64,000 bases of DNA from an uncultured Streptococcus sp. (lineage in GTDB: Bacteria; Bacillota; Bacilli; Lactobacillales; Streptococcaceae): contig CAURMD010000001.1 of NCBI GenBank assembly GCA_963525985.1, positions 11,919 to 75,918 of the forward strand. The letters run 5' to 3'. The stretch's first letter is position 1, and the number at the start of each line of letters is the position of its first letter. A program made the position numbers and the translations under genes. Below the pieces are notes generated by a model. That model made no database searches. It worked only from the letters and a program-made list of their open reading frames with translations, and was not told where the DNA came from. Shown piece by piece: positions 44,922 to 56,954 of the stretch.

Positions 44922-45662
44922 GTGTTAAAAACAGAGCGGAAGCAACTGATTTTAGAGGAGTTAAATCAACATCATGTAGTTTCTCTAGAAAAATTAGTTA
45001 GTTTGCTAGAGACCTCAGAATCAACGGTTCGAAGAGACTTGGATGAGTTGGAAGCGGAAAACAAGCTTCGTCGTGTGCATGGTGGAGCAGAATTGCCCCA
45101 TTCCTTGCAGGAAGAAGAAACCATTCAAGAAAAATCTGTCAAAAACCTTCAAGAGAAGAAGTTGTTGGCTCAGAAAGCAGCCTCTCTCATCAAGGAACAA
45201 GATGTCATCTTTATCGATGCTGGAACAACAACTGCTTTTTTGATTCATGAATTGGTCAATAAGAATATTACTGTAGTGACCAACTCGATTCACCATGCTG
45301 CTCAGTTGGTTGAAAAGCAGATTCCGACTGTCATGGTTGGAGGAAGTGTCAAGATGGCGACAGATGCTAGCATCGGGGGCGTTGCTCTTAACCAGATTAA
45401 CCAATTGCACTTTGACCGTGCCTTTATCGGGATGAATGGTGTGGACGATGGCTATTATACGACTCCTGATATGGAGGAGGGGGCTGTGAAGCGTGCTATT
45501 TTAGAGAATGCCAAACAGACTTATGTCTTGGTGGATTCGTCTAAAATTGGACAAACTTGCTTTGCCAAGGTAGCACCACTCAAACGAGCTATTGTTATCA
45601 CAAGTCAAGGGCATGATCTCTTGCAGGCTATTAAGGAGAAAACGGAGGTAATAGAAGTATGA
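44922..45662 (+). CDS. fruR: DeoR-family fructose operon repressor
   Basis: SESTVRRDL..LE, RVHGGA, IDAGTT. Confidence 0.93.
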   Translation: MLKTERKQLILEELNQHHVVSLEKLVSLLETSESTVRRDLDELEAENKLRRVHGGAELPHSLQEEETIQEKSVKNLQEKKLLAQKAASLIKEQDVIFIDAGTTTAFLIHELVNKNITVVTNSIHHAAQLVEKQIPTVMVGGSVKMATDASIGGVALNQINQLHFDRAFIGMNGVDDGYYTTPDMEEGAVKRAILENAKQTYVLVDSSKIGQTCFAKVAPLKRAIVITSQGHDLLQAIKEKTEVIEV

Positions 45663-46570
45663 TTTATACAGTCACACTCAATCCATCCATTGATTATATC
45701 GTGCGTTTGGACCAAGTCCAAGTCGGTAGTGTCAATCGTATGGACAGTGATGATAAGTTTGCTGGTGGGAAAGGAATCAATGTCAGTCGTGTCTTGAAAC
45801 GCTTGGATATATCAAATACAGCGACGGGATTTATTGGTGGCTTTACTGGTAAATTTATCACAGATACTTTGGCTGATGAAGCAATCGAGACACGATTTGT
45901 CCAAGTGGCAGAAGATACTCGTATCAATGTCAAGATTAAAGCGGACCAAGAAACAGAAATCAACGGGACTGGTCCAAATGTGGAACCAGCCCAGTTAGAA
46001 GAATTGAAAGCTATTCTTTCAAGTTTAACAGCAGAAGATACAGTTGTTTTTGCTGGTTCAAGTGCTAAGAATCTAGGCAATGTCATCTACAAGGATTTGA
46101 TTGCCTTGACACGCAAGACTGGTGCGCAAGTCGTTTGTGATTTTGAAGGACAGACCTTGATTGATAGTTTGGACTACCAGCCACTTTTGGTCAAACCAAA
46201 CAATCATGAACTTGGAGCGATTTTTGGAGTGAAACTCGAAAGTTTAGATGAAATTGAGAAATACGCTCGTGAGTTACTGGCTAAAGGTGCTCAAAACGTC
46301 ATTATTTCTATGGCTGGTGACGGTGCTCTTCTTGTCACATCTGAGGGAGCTTACTTCGCTAAACCAATCAAAGGAACAGTCAAAAATTCTGTCGGAGCTG
46401 GCGATTCTATGGTCGCTGGATTCACAGGTGAATTTGTCAAATCAAAAGACGCAGTAGAAGCCTTCAAATGGGGAGTAGCTTGCGGAACGGCAACCACCTT
46501 CTCAGATGATTTGGCAACGGCGGAATTTATTAAAGAAACATATGAAAAAGTTGAGGTAGAAAAACGATGA
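45659..46570 (+). CDS. fruB: 1-phosphofructokinase
   Basis: TVTLNPSID, GGKGINVS, VGAGDS. Confidence 0.95.
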   Translation: MIYTVTLNPSIDYIVRLDQVQVGSVNRMDSDDKFAGGKGINVSRVLKRLDISNTATGFIGGFTGKFITDTLADEAIETRFVQVAEDTRINVKIKADQETEINGTGPNVEPAQLEELKAILSSLTAEDTVVFAGSSAKNLGNVIYKDLIALTRKTGAQVVCDFEGQTLIDSLDYQPLLVKPNNHELGAIFGVKLESLDEIEKYARELLAKGAQNVIISMAGDGALLVTSEGAYFAKPIKGTVKNSVGAGDSMVAGFTGEFVKSKDAVEAFKWGVACGTATTFSDDLATAEFIKETYEKVEVEKR

Positions 46571-48519
46571 AAATTCAAGACCTATTGAGAAAAGATGTCA
46601 TGTTGCTCGATTTGCAAGCAACTGAAAAAACTGCTGTCATCGAAGAGATGATTAAAAGCTTGGTAGACCACGGTTATGTGACAGATTTTGAAACCTTTAA
46701 AGAAGGAATTTTGGCGCGTGAAGCTCTGACTTCTACTGGTTTAGGAGACGGTATAGCAATGCCTCACAGCAAAAATGCTGCTGTCAAAGAAGCGACTGTT
46801 CTCTTTGCTAAGTCAAACAAGGGTGTTAATTACGAAAGTTTAGATGGGCAACCAACCGACCTCTTCTTTATGATTGCGGCTCCAGAAGGTGCCAATGACA
46901 CTCACTTGGCAGCCTTGGCAGAATTGTCTCAATACTTGATGAAAGACGGTTTTGCTGACAAACTTCGTCAAGCAACATCAGCTGACCAAGTTATCGAACT
47001 TTTTAACCAAGCTTCAGAAAAAGCTGAGGAGCCTGTTCAAACACCTGCTAATGATTCTGGTGACTTTATCGTGGCTGTTACAGCTTGTACGACAGGTATT
47101 GCCCACACTTACATGGCCCAAGAAGCCCTTCAAAAAGTGGCTGCTGAAATGGGTGTTGGAATTAAGGTCGAAACCAACGGTGCTAGCGGTGTTGGAAACC
47201 AACTCACTGCTGAGGACATCCGAAAGGCTAAAGCTGTTATCATCGCAGCAGACAAGGCAGTTGAAATGGATCGTTTCGATGGCAAACCATTGATCAATCG
47301 TCCGGTTGCTGACGGTATCCGTAAGACAGAAGAGTTGATCAACTTAGCTCTTTCTGGAGATACTGAAGTCTACCGTGCTGCTAATGGAACAAAAGCTGCA
47401 ACAGCCTCTAACGAAAAACAAAGCCTTGGTGGTGCCTTCTACAAACACTTGATGAGTGGCGTATCCCAAATGTTGCCATTTGTTATCGGTGGTGGTATCA
47501 TGATTGCCCTTGCCTTCTTGATTGATGGTGCTTTGGGTGTTCCAAATGAAAACCTTGGCAATCTTGGTTCTTACCATGAGCTAGCTTCTATGTTCATGAA
47601 AATTGGTGGTGCTGCCTTTGGTTTGATGCTTCCAGTCTTTGCAGGTTATGTTGCCTACTCTATCGCTGAAAAACCAGGTTTGGTAGCAGGTTTCGTGGCT
47701 GGTGCTATTGCCAAAGAAGGTTTTGCCTTTGGTAAAATTCCTTATGCCGCAGGTGGTGAAGCAACTTCAACTCTTGCAGGTGTCTCATCTGGTTTCCTAG
47801 GTGCCCTTGTTGGTGGATTTATCGCAGGTGCTTTAGTTCTTGCTATCAAGAAATATGTCAAAGTTCCTCGTTCACTTGAAGGTGCTAAATCAATTCTTCT
47901 TTTGCCACTTCTTGGAACAATCTTGACTGGATTTGTCATGCTAGCTGTGAATATCCCAATGGCAGCAATCAACACTGCTATGAATGACTTCCTAGGCGGT
48001 CTTGGAGGAGGTTCAGCTGTCCTTCTTGGTATCGTCCTTGGTGGAATGATGGCTGTTGATATGGGTGGACCAGTCAACAAAGCAGCCTATGTCTTTGGTA
48101 CAGGTACGCTTGCGGCAACTGTTTCTTCAGGTGGTTCTGTGGCTATGGCAGCAGTTATGGCTGGAGGAATGGTGCCACCACTTGCCATCTTTGTCGCAAC
48201 ACTTCTTTTCAAAGATAAATTTACCAAAGAAGAACGTAACTCTGGTTTGACAAATATTATCATGGGCTTGTCATTCATCACTGAGGGAGCGATTCCATTT
48301 GGTGCCGCTGACCCAGCTCGTGCGATTCCAAGCTTCATCCTTGGTTCTGCAGTAGCAGGTGGCCTTGTTGGTCTTACTGGTATCAAACTCATGGCGCCAC
48401 ACGGAGGAATCTTCGTGATTGCCCTTACTTCAAATGCCTTCCTTTACCTCGTTTCTGTCTTGGTCGGAGCAATCGTAAGTGGTGTGGTCTATGGTTACCT
48501 ACGCAAACCACAAGCATGA
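46567..48519 (+). CDS. fruA: PTS fructose EIIABC
   Basis: GIAMPH, AC.TGIAHTYMA, DMGGPVNKAA. Confidence 0.96.
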   Translation: MKIQDLLRKDVMLLDLQATEKTAVIEEMIKSLVDHGYVTDFETFKEGILAREALTSTGLGDGIAMPHSKNAAVKEATVLFAKSNKGVNYESLDGQPTDLFFMIAAPEGANDTHLAALAELSQYLMKDGFADKLRQATSADQVIELFNQASEKAEEPVQTPANDSGDFIVAVTACTTGIAHTYMAQEALQKVAAEMGVGIKVETNGASGVGNQLTAEDIRKAKAVIIAADKAVEMDRFDGKPLINRPVADGIRKTEELINLALSGDTEVYRAANGTKAATASNEKQSLGGAFYKHLMSGVSQMLPFVIGGGIMIALAFLIDGALGVPNENLGNLGSYHELASMFMKIGGAAFGLMLPVFAGYVAYSIAEKPGLVAGFVAGAIAKEGFAFGKIPYAAGGEATSTLAGVSSGFLGALVGGFIAGALVLAIKKYVKVPRSLEGAKSILLLPLLGTILTGFVMLAVNIPMAAINTAMNDFLGGLGGGSAVLLGIVLGGMMAVDMGGPVNKAAYVFGTGTLAATVSSGGSVAMAAVMAGGMVPPLAIFVATLLFKDKFTKEERNSGLTNIIMGLSFITEGAIPFGAADPARAIPSFILGSAVAGGLVGLTGIKLMAPHGGIFVIALTSNAFLYLVSVLVGAIVSGVVYGYLRKPQA

Positions 48520-48607
48520 AACTTAGATAGAAAATGAAAAGATTGGACCGTTTGGTGCAGTCTTTTTCTCTTTCCGAAATGCCTGTGAAATATGGTATAA
48601 TAGAAGA

Positions 48608-50911
48608 ATGGCAAACAAGAATACAAGTAAAACAAGACGGAGACCGTCTAAAGCAGAACTCGAAAGAAAAGAAGCGATTCAACGAATGTTGATTTCGTTG
48701 GGAATCGCTATTTTATTGATTTTCGCAGCCTTCAAATTAGGGGCTGCAGGTATCACTCTTTACAATTTAATACGCTTGCTGGTGGGGAGCCTAGCTTATC
48801 TGGCAATATTTGGCATCCTACTCTATCTCTTCTTTTTCAAGTGGATACGAAAACAGGAAGGGCTCCTATCTGGCTTTTTCACCATATTTGCAGGCTTGCT
48901 CCTGATTTTTGAAGCCTACTTGGTTTGGAAATATGGTTTGGACAAGTCCGTTCTAAAAGGAACCATGGCTCAGGTTGTGACGGATTTGACTGGTTTTCGA
49001 ACGACCAGTTTTGCTGGAGGAGGCTTGATTGGGGTCGCTCTTTATATTCCAACCGCCTTTCTCTTTTCAAATATCGGCACTTACTTTATTGGTTCTATCT
49101 TGATTTTAGTGGGTGCCCTCCTAGTCAGTCCTTGGTCTGTTTATGATATTGCTGAATTTTTCAGTAGAGGATTTGCCAAATGGCGAGAAGGGCATGAGCG
49201 TCGAAAAGAGGAACGCTTTGTCAAACAAGAAGAAAAAGCTCGCCAAAAGGCTGAGGAAGAGGCTAGATTAGAACAAGAAGAAGCTGAAAAAGCCTTACTC
49301 GATTTGCCTCCTGTTGATATGGAAACGGGTGAAATTCTGACAGAAGATGTTGTACTTGACGCTCCACCTTTTCCAGAAGAAGATTGGGTGGAACCAGAAA
49401 TCATCCTGCCTCAACCAGAGCTTGAATTCCCTGAACAGGAAGATGGCTCTGATGATGAAGATGTACAGGTTGATTTTTCAGCCAAGGAAGCCCTTGAATA
49501 TAAACTTCCAAGTTTACAACTCTTTGCCCCAGATAAACCCAAAGACCAGTCGAAAGAGAAGAAAATTGTTCGAGAAAACATCAAAATCCTAGAAGAAACC
49601 TTTGCTAGCTTTGGTATCAAGGTGACGGTTGAACGGGCTGAAATTGGGCCATCAGTGACTAAATATGAAGTTAAGCCAGCAGTTGGTGTAAGGGTCAACC
49701 GCATTTCCAATCTAGCAGATGACTTAGCACTGGCTCTGGCAGCCAAGGATGTTCGGATCGAAGCTCCAATCCCAGGGAAATCTCTCGTTGGAATCGAAGT
49801 GCCTAACTCCGAGATTGCCACTGTGTCTTTCCGTGAACTATGGGAACAATCTCAAACGAAAGCAGAAAATCTCTTGGAAATTCCTTTAGGAAAGGCTGTT
49901 AATGGCATAGCAAGAGCTTTTGACCTTTCTAAAATGCCCCACTTGCTCGTCGCAGGTTCGACGGGTTCAGGGAAGTCAGTAGCAGTTAACGGTATTATCG
50001 CTAGCATTCTCATGAAGGCAAGACCAGACCAAGTTAAATTTATGATGGTCGATCCCAAGATGGTTGAGTTGTCTGTTTACAATGATATTCCCCACCTCTT
50101 GATTCCAGTCGTGACCAATCCACGCAAAGCCAGCAAGGCCCTGCAAAAGGTTGTGGATGAGATGGAAAATCGATATGAACTCTTTGCCAAGGTGGGAGTT
50201 CGGAATATTGCAGGCTTTAATGCCAAGGTAGAAGAGTTCAATGCCCAGTCTGAGTACAAGCAGGTTCCGCTACCGCTCATTGTCGTAATTGTAGATGAGT
50301 TGGCTGACCTCATGATGGTGGCCAGCAAGGAAGTGGAAGATGCTATTATCCGTCTTGGGCAGAAGGCGCGTGCTGCTGGTATCCACATGATTCTTGCAAC
50401 CCAGCGTCCATCGGTTGATGTTATCTCTGGTTTGATTAAGGCCAATGTTCCGTCTCGTGTGGCATTTGCGGTTTCATCAGGAACAGACTCCCGTACGATC
50501 TTGGATGAAAATGGAGCAGAAAAACTGCTTGGTCGAGGTGACATGCTCTTTAAACCGATTGATGAAAATCATCCAGTTCGTCTCCAAGGCTCCTTTATCT
50601 CGGATGATGATGTTGAACGCATCGTAAACTTCATCAAGGCTCAGGCTGATGCGGACTATGATGAGAGTTTTGATCCAGGTGAGATTTCTGAAAATGAAGG
50701 TGAATTTTCAGATGGTGAATCTGGTGGAGATCCGCTTTTTGAAGAAGCCAAAGCTTTAGTCATTGAGACCCAGAAAGCCAGCGCATCCATGATTCAGCGT
50801 CGTTTGTCAGTTGGATTTAACCGTGCGACCCGTCTCATGGAAGAGCTTGAGATGGCAGGTGTTATTGGTCCAGCTGAAGGTACGAAACCTCGAAAAGTTT
50901 TACAACAATAA
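48608..50911 (+). CDS. ftsK: DNA translocase FtsK
   Basis: TM N-terminus, [16 protein letters not shown], gamma domain. Confidence 0.97.
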   Translation: MANKNTSKTRRRPSKAELERKEAIQRMLISLGIAILLIFAAFKLGAAGITLYNLIRLLVGSLAYLAIFGILLYLFFFKWIRKQEGLLSGFFTIFAGLLLIFEAYLVWKYGLDKSVLKGTMAQVVTDLTGFRTTSFAGGGLIGVALYIPTAFLFSNIGTYFIGSILILVGALLVSPWSVYDIAEFFSRGFAKWREGHERRKEERFVKQEEKARQKAEEEARLEQEEAEKALLDLPPVDMETGEILTEDVVLDAPPFPEEDWVEPEIILPQPELEFPEQEDGSDDEDVQVDFSAKEALEYKLPSLQLFAPDKPKDQSKEKKIVRENIKILEETFASFGIKVTVERAEIGPSVTKYEVKPAVGVRVNRISNLADDLALALAAKDVRIEAPIPGKSLVGIEVPNSEIATVSFRELWEQSQTKAENLLEIPLGKAVNGIARAFDLSKMPHLLVAGSTGSGKSVAVNGIIASILMKARPDQVKFMMVDPKMVELSVYNDIPHLLIPVVTNPRKASKALQKVVDEMENRYELFAKVGVRNIAGFNAKVEEFNAQSEYKQVPLPLIVVIVDELADLMMVASKEVEDAIIRLGQKARAAGIHMILATQRPSVDVISGLIKANVPSRVAFAVSSGTDSRTILDENGAEKLLGRGDMLFKPIDENHPVRLQGSFISDDDVERIVNFIKAQADADYDESFDPGEISENEGEFSDGESGGDPLFEEAKALVIETQKASASMIQRRLSVGFNRATRLMEELEMAGVIGPAEGTKPRKVLQQ

Positions 50912-50954
50912 AAAATAGCTTCTTTCCAAGTTTGGAAGGAGGCTATTTTAGTGA

Positions 50955-51392
50955 TTATTGATTACTTTTATTTTCTGAAGTTGGAGTATTATTGGACTGT
51001 TTTTCATTATCAGCGGCAGGCTTACTTGGAGTAGGAGCAGGAGTAGAAGAGTCCTGATTTACTGTTTTCTGTTCTTCTTTTTTCTCTTCCTTGACGCTGG
51101 ATTTTGGTGTTTCCTCTTGCTGTGTTTTTTCTTGACTAGTGTTAGTTTCCTTAGTTGGACTGGTGTTTTCCTTAGGGGATTCCTTTTGGATTTCTTTGAC
51201 AATGGTTGTCGTCTGGGTTGTCGCAGGTTCTTTTTTAGTATTTTTGTTATTATCCAAGGCGTTCATGATAGTGATACTTGCGGTAATTAAGCCAAGGATA
51301 CTACCGATAGTAGCGACGGTTTTTTGAAAGACTGTAAAGCCTTTTTTGATGTGTTCTGTTTTTGGTTTTGAAGTTCTACGATAATTAGACAT
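50955..51392 (-). CDS. Conserved membrane-anchored protein
   Basis: Single TM plus T/E/K-rich tail; SD present. Confidence 0.8.
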   Translation of the reverse strand: MSNYRRTSKPKTEHIKKGFTVFQKTVATIGSILGLITASITIMNALDNNKNTKKEPATTQTTTIVKEIQKESPKENTSPTKETNTSQEKTQQEETPKSSVKEEKKEEQKTVNQDSSTPAPTPSKPAADNEKQSNNTPTSENKSNQ

Positions 51393-51530
51393 ACATTCTC
51401 TCCTTTAATTAAAATTTATTATACCTCATTTCTTTAAAAAAATCTTAAAAAAAGAGGAAATGCCCTTTCTTGTCGCAGGCTTCGTTTCATGATACAATAG
51501 AAGGAGTGATTTTAGAAAGCGTGAGAAAAC

Positions 51531-52673
51531 ATGATTTACTTTGATAATTCGGCGACGACCAAGCCCTATCCTGAAGCCCTTGAAACCTATATGCAGGTGG
51601 CGTCAAAAATTTTAGGGAACCCATCTAGTCTCCATCGTTTGGGAGACCAGGCAACACGAATCTTAGATGCTTCTCGTCAGCAAATTGCAGATTTAATCGG
51701 TAAGAAAAGTGATGAAATCTTCTTTACCTCTGGAGGAACAGAAGGGGATAACTGGGTCATCAAGGGTGTGGCCTTTGAAAAAGCCCAGTTTGGCAAGCAC
51801 ATCATCGTTTCGAACATTGAACATCCAGCAGTTAAGGAATCAGCCCTCTGGCTGAAAAGTCAAGGATTTGAAGTGGATTTTGCTCCAGTTAATGAAAAAG
51901 GATTTGTGGATGTTGAGGCGCTAGCAGATTTGATAAGACCTGATACGACCCTCGTTTCTGTCATGGCTGTGAACAATGAAATCGGTTCTATCCAACCTAT
52001 TGAGGCTATTTCAGAACTATTAGCAGACAAGCCAACTATTTCCTTCCACGTGGATGCGGTTCAGGCGCTTGCCAAGATTCCGACTGAAAAGTATCTGATA
52101 GAACGAGTGGATTTCGCGACCTTCTCTAGTCACAAGTTCCACGGAGTTCGTGGTGTTGGTTTTGTCTATATCAAGTCTGGCAAGAAGATCACGCCTCTTT
52201 TAACAGGTGGAGGTCAGGAACGTGATTACCGTTCGACAACTGAAAATGTGGCAGGGATTGCAGCGACAGCCAAGGCTCTCCGTTTATCTATGGAAAAGCT
52301 AGATATCTTTACGAGCAAGACTGGGCAGATGAAGGCAGTGATTCGTCAAGCCCTTCTGGATTATCCAGATATTTTTGTCTTCTCGGATGAGGAAGACTTC
52401 GCACCTCATATCCTGACTTTTGGAATCAAGGGTGTTCGTGGTGAAGTCATCGTTCACGCCTTTGAAGACTATGATATTTTCATCTCAACGACCTCTGCTT
52501 GTTCGTCCAAGGCTGGGAAACCTGCAGGAACTCTGATTGCCATGGGAGTGGATAAAGATAAGGCTCAGTCAGCTGTGCGTCTAAGCCTAGACCTTGAAAA
52601 TGATATGAGTCAGGTCGAGCAGTTTTTGACCAAGTTAAAATTAATTTACAACCAAACTAGAAAAGTAAGATAG
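51531..52673 (+). CDS. Cysteine desulfurase (NifS/IscS2 type)
   Basis: [27 protein letters not shown]; upstream of thiI. Confidence 0.93.
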   Translation: MIYFDNSATTKPYPEALETYMQVASKILGNPSSLHRLGDQATRILDASRQQIADLIGKKSDEIFFTSGGTEGDNWVIKGVAFEKAQFGKHIIVSNIEHPAVKESALWLKSQGFEVDFAPVNEKGFVDVEALADLIRPDTTLVSVMAVNNEIGSIQPIEAISELLADKPTISFHVDAVQALAKIPTEKYLIERVDFATFSSHKFHGVRGVGFVYIKSGKKITPLLTGGGQERDYRSTTENVAGIAATAKALRLSMEKLDIFTSKTGQMKAVIRQALLDYPDIFVFSDEEDFAPHILTFGIKGVRGEVIVHAFEDYDIFISTTSACSSKAGKPAGTLIAMGVDKDKAQSAVRLSLDLENDMSQVEQFLTKLKLIYNQTRKVR

Positions 52674-52681
52674 GAGCATTT

Positions 52682-53896
52682 ATGCAGTATTCAGAAATTA
52701 TGATTCGCTACGGAGAATTGTCAACCAAGGGCAAAAACCGTATGCGTTTCATCAATAAACTTCGCAATAATATTTCAGACGTTTTGTCTATCTATCCCCA
52801 AGTTAAGGTAACGGCAGATCGTGACCGTGCCCATGCTTATCTCAATGGAGCTGATTACACAGCAGTAGCAGAATCGCTCAAACAAGTTTTTGGAATTCAA
52901 AACTTTTCCCCTGTTTATAAGGTTGAAAAATCTGTAGAAGTTCTGAAGTCTGCTGTCCAAGAGATTATGCAGGACATCTACAAGGAAGGCATGACCTTTA
53001 AAATCTCTAGTAAACGTAGCGACCACAACTTTGCGTTGGATAGTCGTGAACTCAACCAAACCCTTGGAGGAGCTGTTTTCGAAGCCATTCCAAATGTGCA
53101 AGCTCAAATGAAAAGTCCTGACATCAATCTTCAGGTGGAAATCCGTGAAGAAGCAGCCTATCTTTCTTTTGAAACTATTCGTGGGGCTGGTGGTTTGCCA
53201 GTTGGAACTTCAGGTAAAGGGATGCTCATGTTGTCAGGAGGGATCGACTCACCTGTAGCAGGTTATCTTGCACTTAAACGCGGGGTGGATATTGAGGCCG
53301 TTCACTTTGCCAGCCCACCTTACACGAGTCCTGGTGCACTAAAAAAAGCCCAAGATTTGACCCGTAAATTAACCAAGTTTGGGGGAAATATCCAGTTTAT
53401 CGAAGTTCCTTTTACAGAGATTCAAGAAGAAATCAAGGCTAAAGCGCCAGAAGCTTACTTGATGACTCTAACTCGTCGCTTTATGATGCGGATTACAGAT
53501 CGTATTCGTGAGGTACGAAATGGTTTAGTTATCATCAATGGGGAAAGCCTAGGTCAAGTAGCCAGCCAAACCTTGGAGAGCATGCAGGCTATCAATGCAG
53601 TTACCAACACTCCCATCATCCGTCCAGTTGTGACCATGGATAAGTTGGAAATCATCGATATTGCTCAGGAAATCGATACCTTTGACATTTCAATCCAGCC
53701 TTTTGAAGACTGCTGTACCATTTTTGCGCCAGATCGTCCAAAGACCAATCCTAAGATTAAAAATGCAGAGCAGTACGAAGCGCGTATGGATGTTGAAGGT
53801 TTAGTTGAGCGAGCAGTGGCTGGGATTATGATTACCGAGATTACACCTCAAGCTGAAAAAGATGAAGTTGATGACTTGATTGATAGCCTACTATAA
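52682..53896 (+). CDS. thiI: tRNA 4-thiouridine synthase
   Basis: THUMP domain, [20 protein letters not shown]. Confidence 0.96.
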   Translation: MQYSEIMIRYGELSTKGKNRMRFINKLRNNISDVLSIYPQVKVTADRDRAHAYLNGADYTAVAESLKQVFGIQNFSPVYKVEKSVEVLKSAVQEIMQDIYKEGMTFKISSKRSDHNFALDSRELNQTLGGAVFEAIPNVQAQMKSPDINLQVEIREEAAYLSFETIRGAGGLPVGTSGKGMLMLSGGIDSPVAGYLALKRGVDIEAVHFASPPYTSPGALKKAQDLTRKLTKFGGNIQFIEVPFTEIQEEIKAKAPEAYLMTLTRRFMMRITDRIREVRNGLVIINGESLGQVASQTLESMQAINAVTNTPIIRPVVTMDKLEIIDIAQEIDTFDISIQPFEDCCTIFAPDRPKTNPKIKNAEQYEARMDVEGLVERAVAGIMITEITPQAEKDEVDDLIDSLL

Positions 53897-54032
53897 TCAG
53901 AAAATCCAAAAGAATTTAGAAAAATAAATGAAAAAGTTAGTTTTTAATTCCAAAAACGGAAGCAAAACTAACTTTTTTTCTATAATTGTGATATAATAAG
54001 ATAAAATTTTGAATATAGAGAGTTTTCTGACA

Positions 54033-54857
54033 ATGAACCAATCCTATTTTTATCTAAAAATGAAAGAACACAAACTCAAGGTTCCTTATACAGGTAAGGA
54101 GCGCCGTGTGCGTGTTCTTCTGCCTAAAGATTATGAGAAAGACACGAATCGTTCCTATCCTGTTGTTTACTTTCATGACGGGCAAAATGTTTTTTATAGC
54201 AAGGAGTCTTTCATTGGTCATTCATGGAAGATTATCCCAGCTATTAAGCGTAATCCTGATATCAGTCGCATGATTGTCGTTGCCATTGATAATGATGGTA
54301 TGGGGCGGATGAATGAGTATGCGGCTTGGAAGTTCCAAGAATCTCCTATTCCGGGGCAGCAGTTTGGCGGTAAGGGTGTGGAATATTCTGAGTTTGTCAT
54401 GGAGGTGGTCAAGCCTTTTATCGATGAAACCTATCGTACAAAAGCAGACCGCCAGCATACAGCCATGATTGGTTCCTCACTAGGAGGCAATATTACCCAG
54501 TTTATCGGTTTGGAATACCAAGACCAAATTGGTTGTCTAGGGGTCTTTTCTTCTGCCAACTGGCTCCACCAAGAAGCCTTTAACCGCTATATCGAGCGTC
54601 AGCAACTATCGCCTGACCAGCGCATCTTCATCTATGTGGGAACAGAAGAAGCGGATGATACAGACAAGACCTTGATGGCTGGCAATATCAAACAAGCCTA
54701 TATCGACTCGTCGCTTCGCTATTACCATGATTTGATAGCAGGGGGAGTACACTTGGGCAATCTTGTCTTGAAAGTTCAGTCTGGTGCCATCCATAGTGAA
54801 ATCCCTTGGTCGGAGAATTTACCAGACTGTCTGAGATTTTTTGCAGAAAACTGGTAA
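54033..54857 (+). CDS. Alpha/beta hydrolase (esterase family)
   Basis: HDGQN, GSSLGG. Confidence 0.88.
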   Translation: MNQSYFYLKMKEHKLKVPYTGKERRVRVLLPKDYEKDTNRSYPVVYFHDGQNVFYSKESFIGHSWKIIPAIKRNPDISRMIVVAIDNDGMGRMNEYAAWKFQESPIPGQQFGGKGVEYSEFVMEVVKPFIDETYRTKADRQHTAMIGSSLGGNITQFIGLEYQDQIGCLGVFSSANWLHQEAFNRYIERQQLSPDQRIFIYVGTEEADDTDKTLMAGNIKQAYIDSSLRYYHDLIAGGVHLGNLVLKVQSGAIHSEIPWSENLPDCLRFFAENW

Positions 54858-54875
54858 AGTAAGAAAGGAGAAAAT

Positions 54876-55616
54876 ATGCATATTGAAAACCTTAGCCACT
54901 GGAGTGGTCACCTCAACCGTGAAATGTACCTTAATCGTTATGGACATGCTGGGATTCCAGTTGTGGTCTTTGCTTCATCAGGTGGTAGTCACAATGAATA
55001 CTATGATTTTGGCATGATTGATGCTTGTGCTTCCTTTATTGAGGAAGGCCGTGCTCAGTTCTTTACCCTGTCCAGTGTAGACAGTGAGAGCTGGTTGGCC
55101 ACTTGGAAAAATGGGCACGACCAAGCAGAGATGCACCGTGCCTACGAGCGCTATGTGATTGAGGAGGCCATTCCTTTTATCAAGCACAAGACAGGTTGGT
55201 TTGATGGAATGATGACGACAGGTTGCTCAATGGGCGCCTACCATGCACTCAATTTCTTCCTTCAGCATCCAGATGTCTTTACCAAGGTGATAGCTCTCAG
55301 TGGTGTTTACGATGCACGTTTCTTTGTTGGCGATTACTACAATGACGATGCTATTTACCAAAACTCGCCAGTAGATTATATCTGGAACCAGAACGACGGC
55401 TGGTTTATTGACCGTTATCGTCAGGCAGAGATTGTGCTTTGTACGGGTCTCGGTGCCTGGGAACAAGATGGCTTGCCATCTTTCTACAAGCTCAAAGAAG
55501 CCTTTGACCAGAAACAAATTCCAGCCTGGTTTGCTGAATGGGGACACGATGTCGCCCACGACTGGGAATGGTGGCGCAAACAAATGCCTTATTTCCTCGG
55601 TCATCTCTATTTATAA
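54876..55616 (+). CDS. Esterase-family protein
   Basis: GCSMGAYHA, HDW.WW. Confidence 0.88.
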   Translation: MHIENLSHWSGHLNREMYLNRYGHAGIPVVVFASSGGSHNEYYDFGMIDACASFIEEGRAQFFTLSSVDSESWLATWKNGHDQAEMHRAYERYVIEEAIPFIKHKTGWFDGMMTTGCSMGAYHALNFFLQHPDVFTKVIALSGVYDARFFVGDYYNDDAIYQNSPVDYIWNQNDGWFIDRYRQAEIVLCTGLGAWEQDGLPSFYKLKEAFDQKQIPAWFAEWGHDVAHDWEWWRKQMPYFLGHLYL

Positions 55617-55628
55617 AAGGAGTTACCT

Positions 55629-56795
55629 ATGAATTACCTTGTTATTTCTCCCTACTATCCACAAAACTTTCAACAGTTTACCATCGAACTAGCCAATAAA
55701 GGCATCACCGTCTTGGGAATTGGTCAAGAGCCTTACGAGCAATTGGATGAGCCCTTGCGCAATAGCCTGACCGAATATTTCCGTGTTGATAATCTTGAAA
55801 ATATAGATGAAGTCAAACGTGCAGTTGCTTTCCTTTTCTATAAACATGGCCCGATTGACCGCATCGAGTCTCATAATGAATACTGGCTTGAGTTAGATGC
55901 AAGTCTTCGTGAGCAATTCAATGTTTTTGGTGCCAAACCAGAGGATCTCAAAAAGACGAAATTTAAGTCTGAAATGAAGAAACTCTTCAAAAAAGCAGGT
56001 GTCCCCGTGGTACCTGGAGCTGTTATCAAGACGGAAGCAGATGTGGATCAAGCTGTGAATGAAATCGGCCTTCCAATGATTGCCAAACCTGATAATGGAG
56101 TGGGAGCAGCCGCAACCTTTAAGCTTGAGACAGAGGACGATATCAATCACTTCAAGCAAGAATGGGACCATTCGACCGTTTATTTCTTTGAAAAATTTGT
56201 CACTTCCAGCGAAATTTGCACCTTTGATGGTCTAGTGGACAAGGATGGAAAGATTGTCTTCTCAACAACCTTTGACTACGCCTATACACCGCTTGATCTC
56301 ATGATTTACAAGATGGACAATTCCTATTACGTTCTCAAGGATATGGATCCTAAATTACGTAAATATGGTGAGGCAATTGTCAAAGAATTTGGTATGAAAG
56401 AACGGTTCTTCCATATTGAGTTCTTCCGTGAAGGGGACGATTACATTGCCATTGAGTACAATAACCGTCCTGCAGGTGGTTTCACTATTGATGTTTATAA
56501 CTTTGCTCACTCTTTGGATCTCTATCGTGGATATGCTGCTATTGTAGCAGGAGAAGAGTTCCCAGCGTCAGACTTTGAAGCTCAGTATTGTTTGGCTACT
56601 TCTCGCCGTGCAAATGCTCACTATGTCTATTCTGAGGAGGACTTGCTTGCCAAATATAGCCAGCAGTTCAAGGTTAAAAAAATCATGCCAGCTGCCTTTG
56701 CGGAACTTCAAGGGGATTACCTTTATATGCTGACAACTCCGAGTCGACAAGAAATGGAGCAGATGATTGCAGATTTCGGACAACGTCAGGCTTAA
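55629..56795 (+). CDS. ATP-grasp domain protein
   Basis: K..MK, KPD.GVG, FHIEFF, E.N.RP.G. Confidence 0.88.
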   Translation: MNYLVISPYYPQNFQQFTIELANKGITVLGIGQEPYEQLDEPLRNSLTEYFRVDNLENIDEVKRAVAFLFYKHGPIDRIESHNEYWLELDASLREQFNVFGAKPEDLKKTKFKSEMKKLFKKAGVPVVPGAVIKTEADVDQAVNEIGLPMIAKPDNGVGAAATFKLETEDDINHFKQEWDHSTVYFFEKFVTSSEICTFDGLVDKDGKIVFSTTFDYAYTPLDLMIYKMDNSYYVLKDMDPKLRKYGEAIVKEFGMKERFFHIEFFREGDDYIAIEYNNRPAGGFTIDVYNFAHSLDLYRGYAAIVAGEEFPASDFEAQYCLATSRRANAHYVYSEEDLLAKYSQQFKVKKIMPAAFAELQGDYLYMLTTPSRQEMEQMIADFGQRQA

Positions 56796-56954
56796 GGGAC
56801 TATAGGATTAAGGAAAATGACTTTCTTAATCCTTTTGTTTTTTATAAGAAATAAAATCGCTTTCTTATATAATCTTTTGGGAAAGTAGTTGCTAAAAGAT
56901 ATAAAAATTGATAGAATAAGGATTGTCTAAAAAATTTTAAGGAGAATCTATCAA

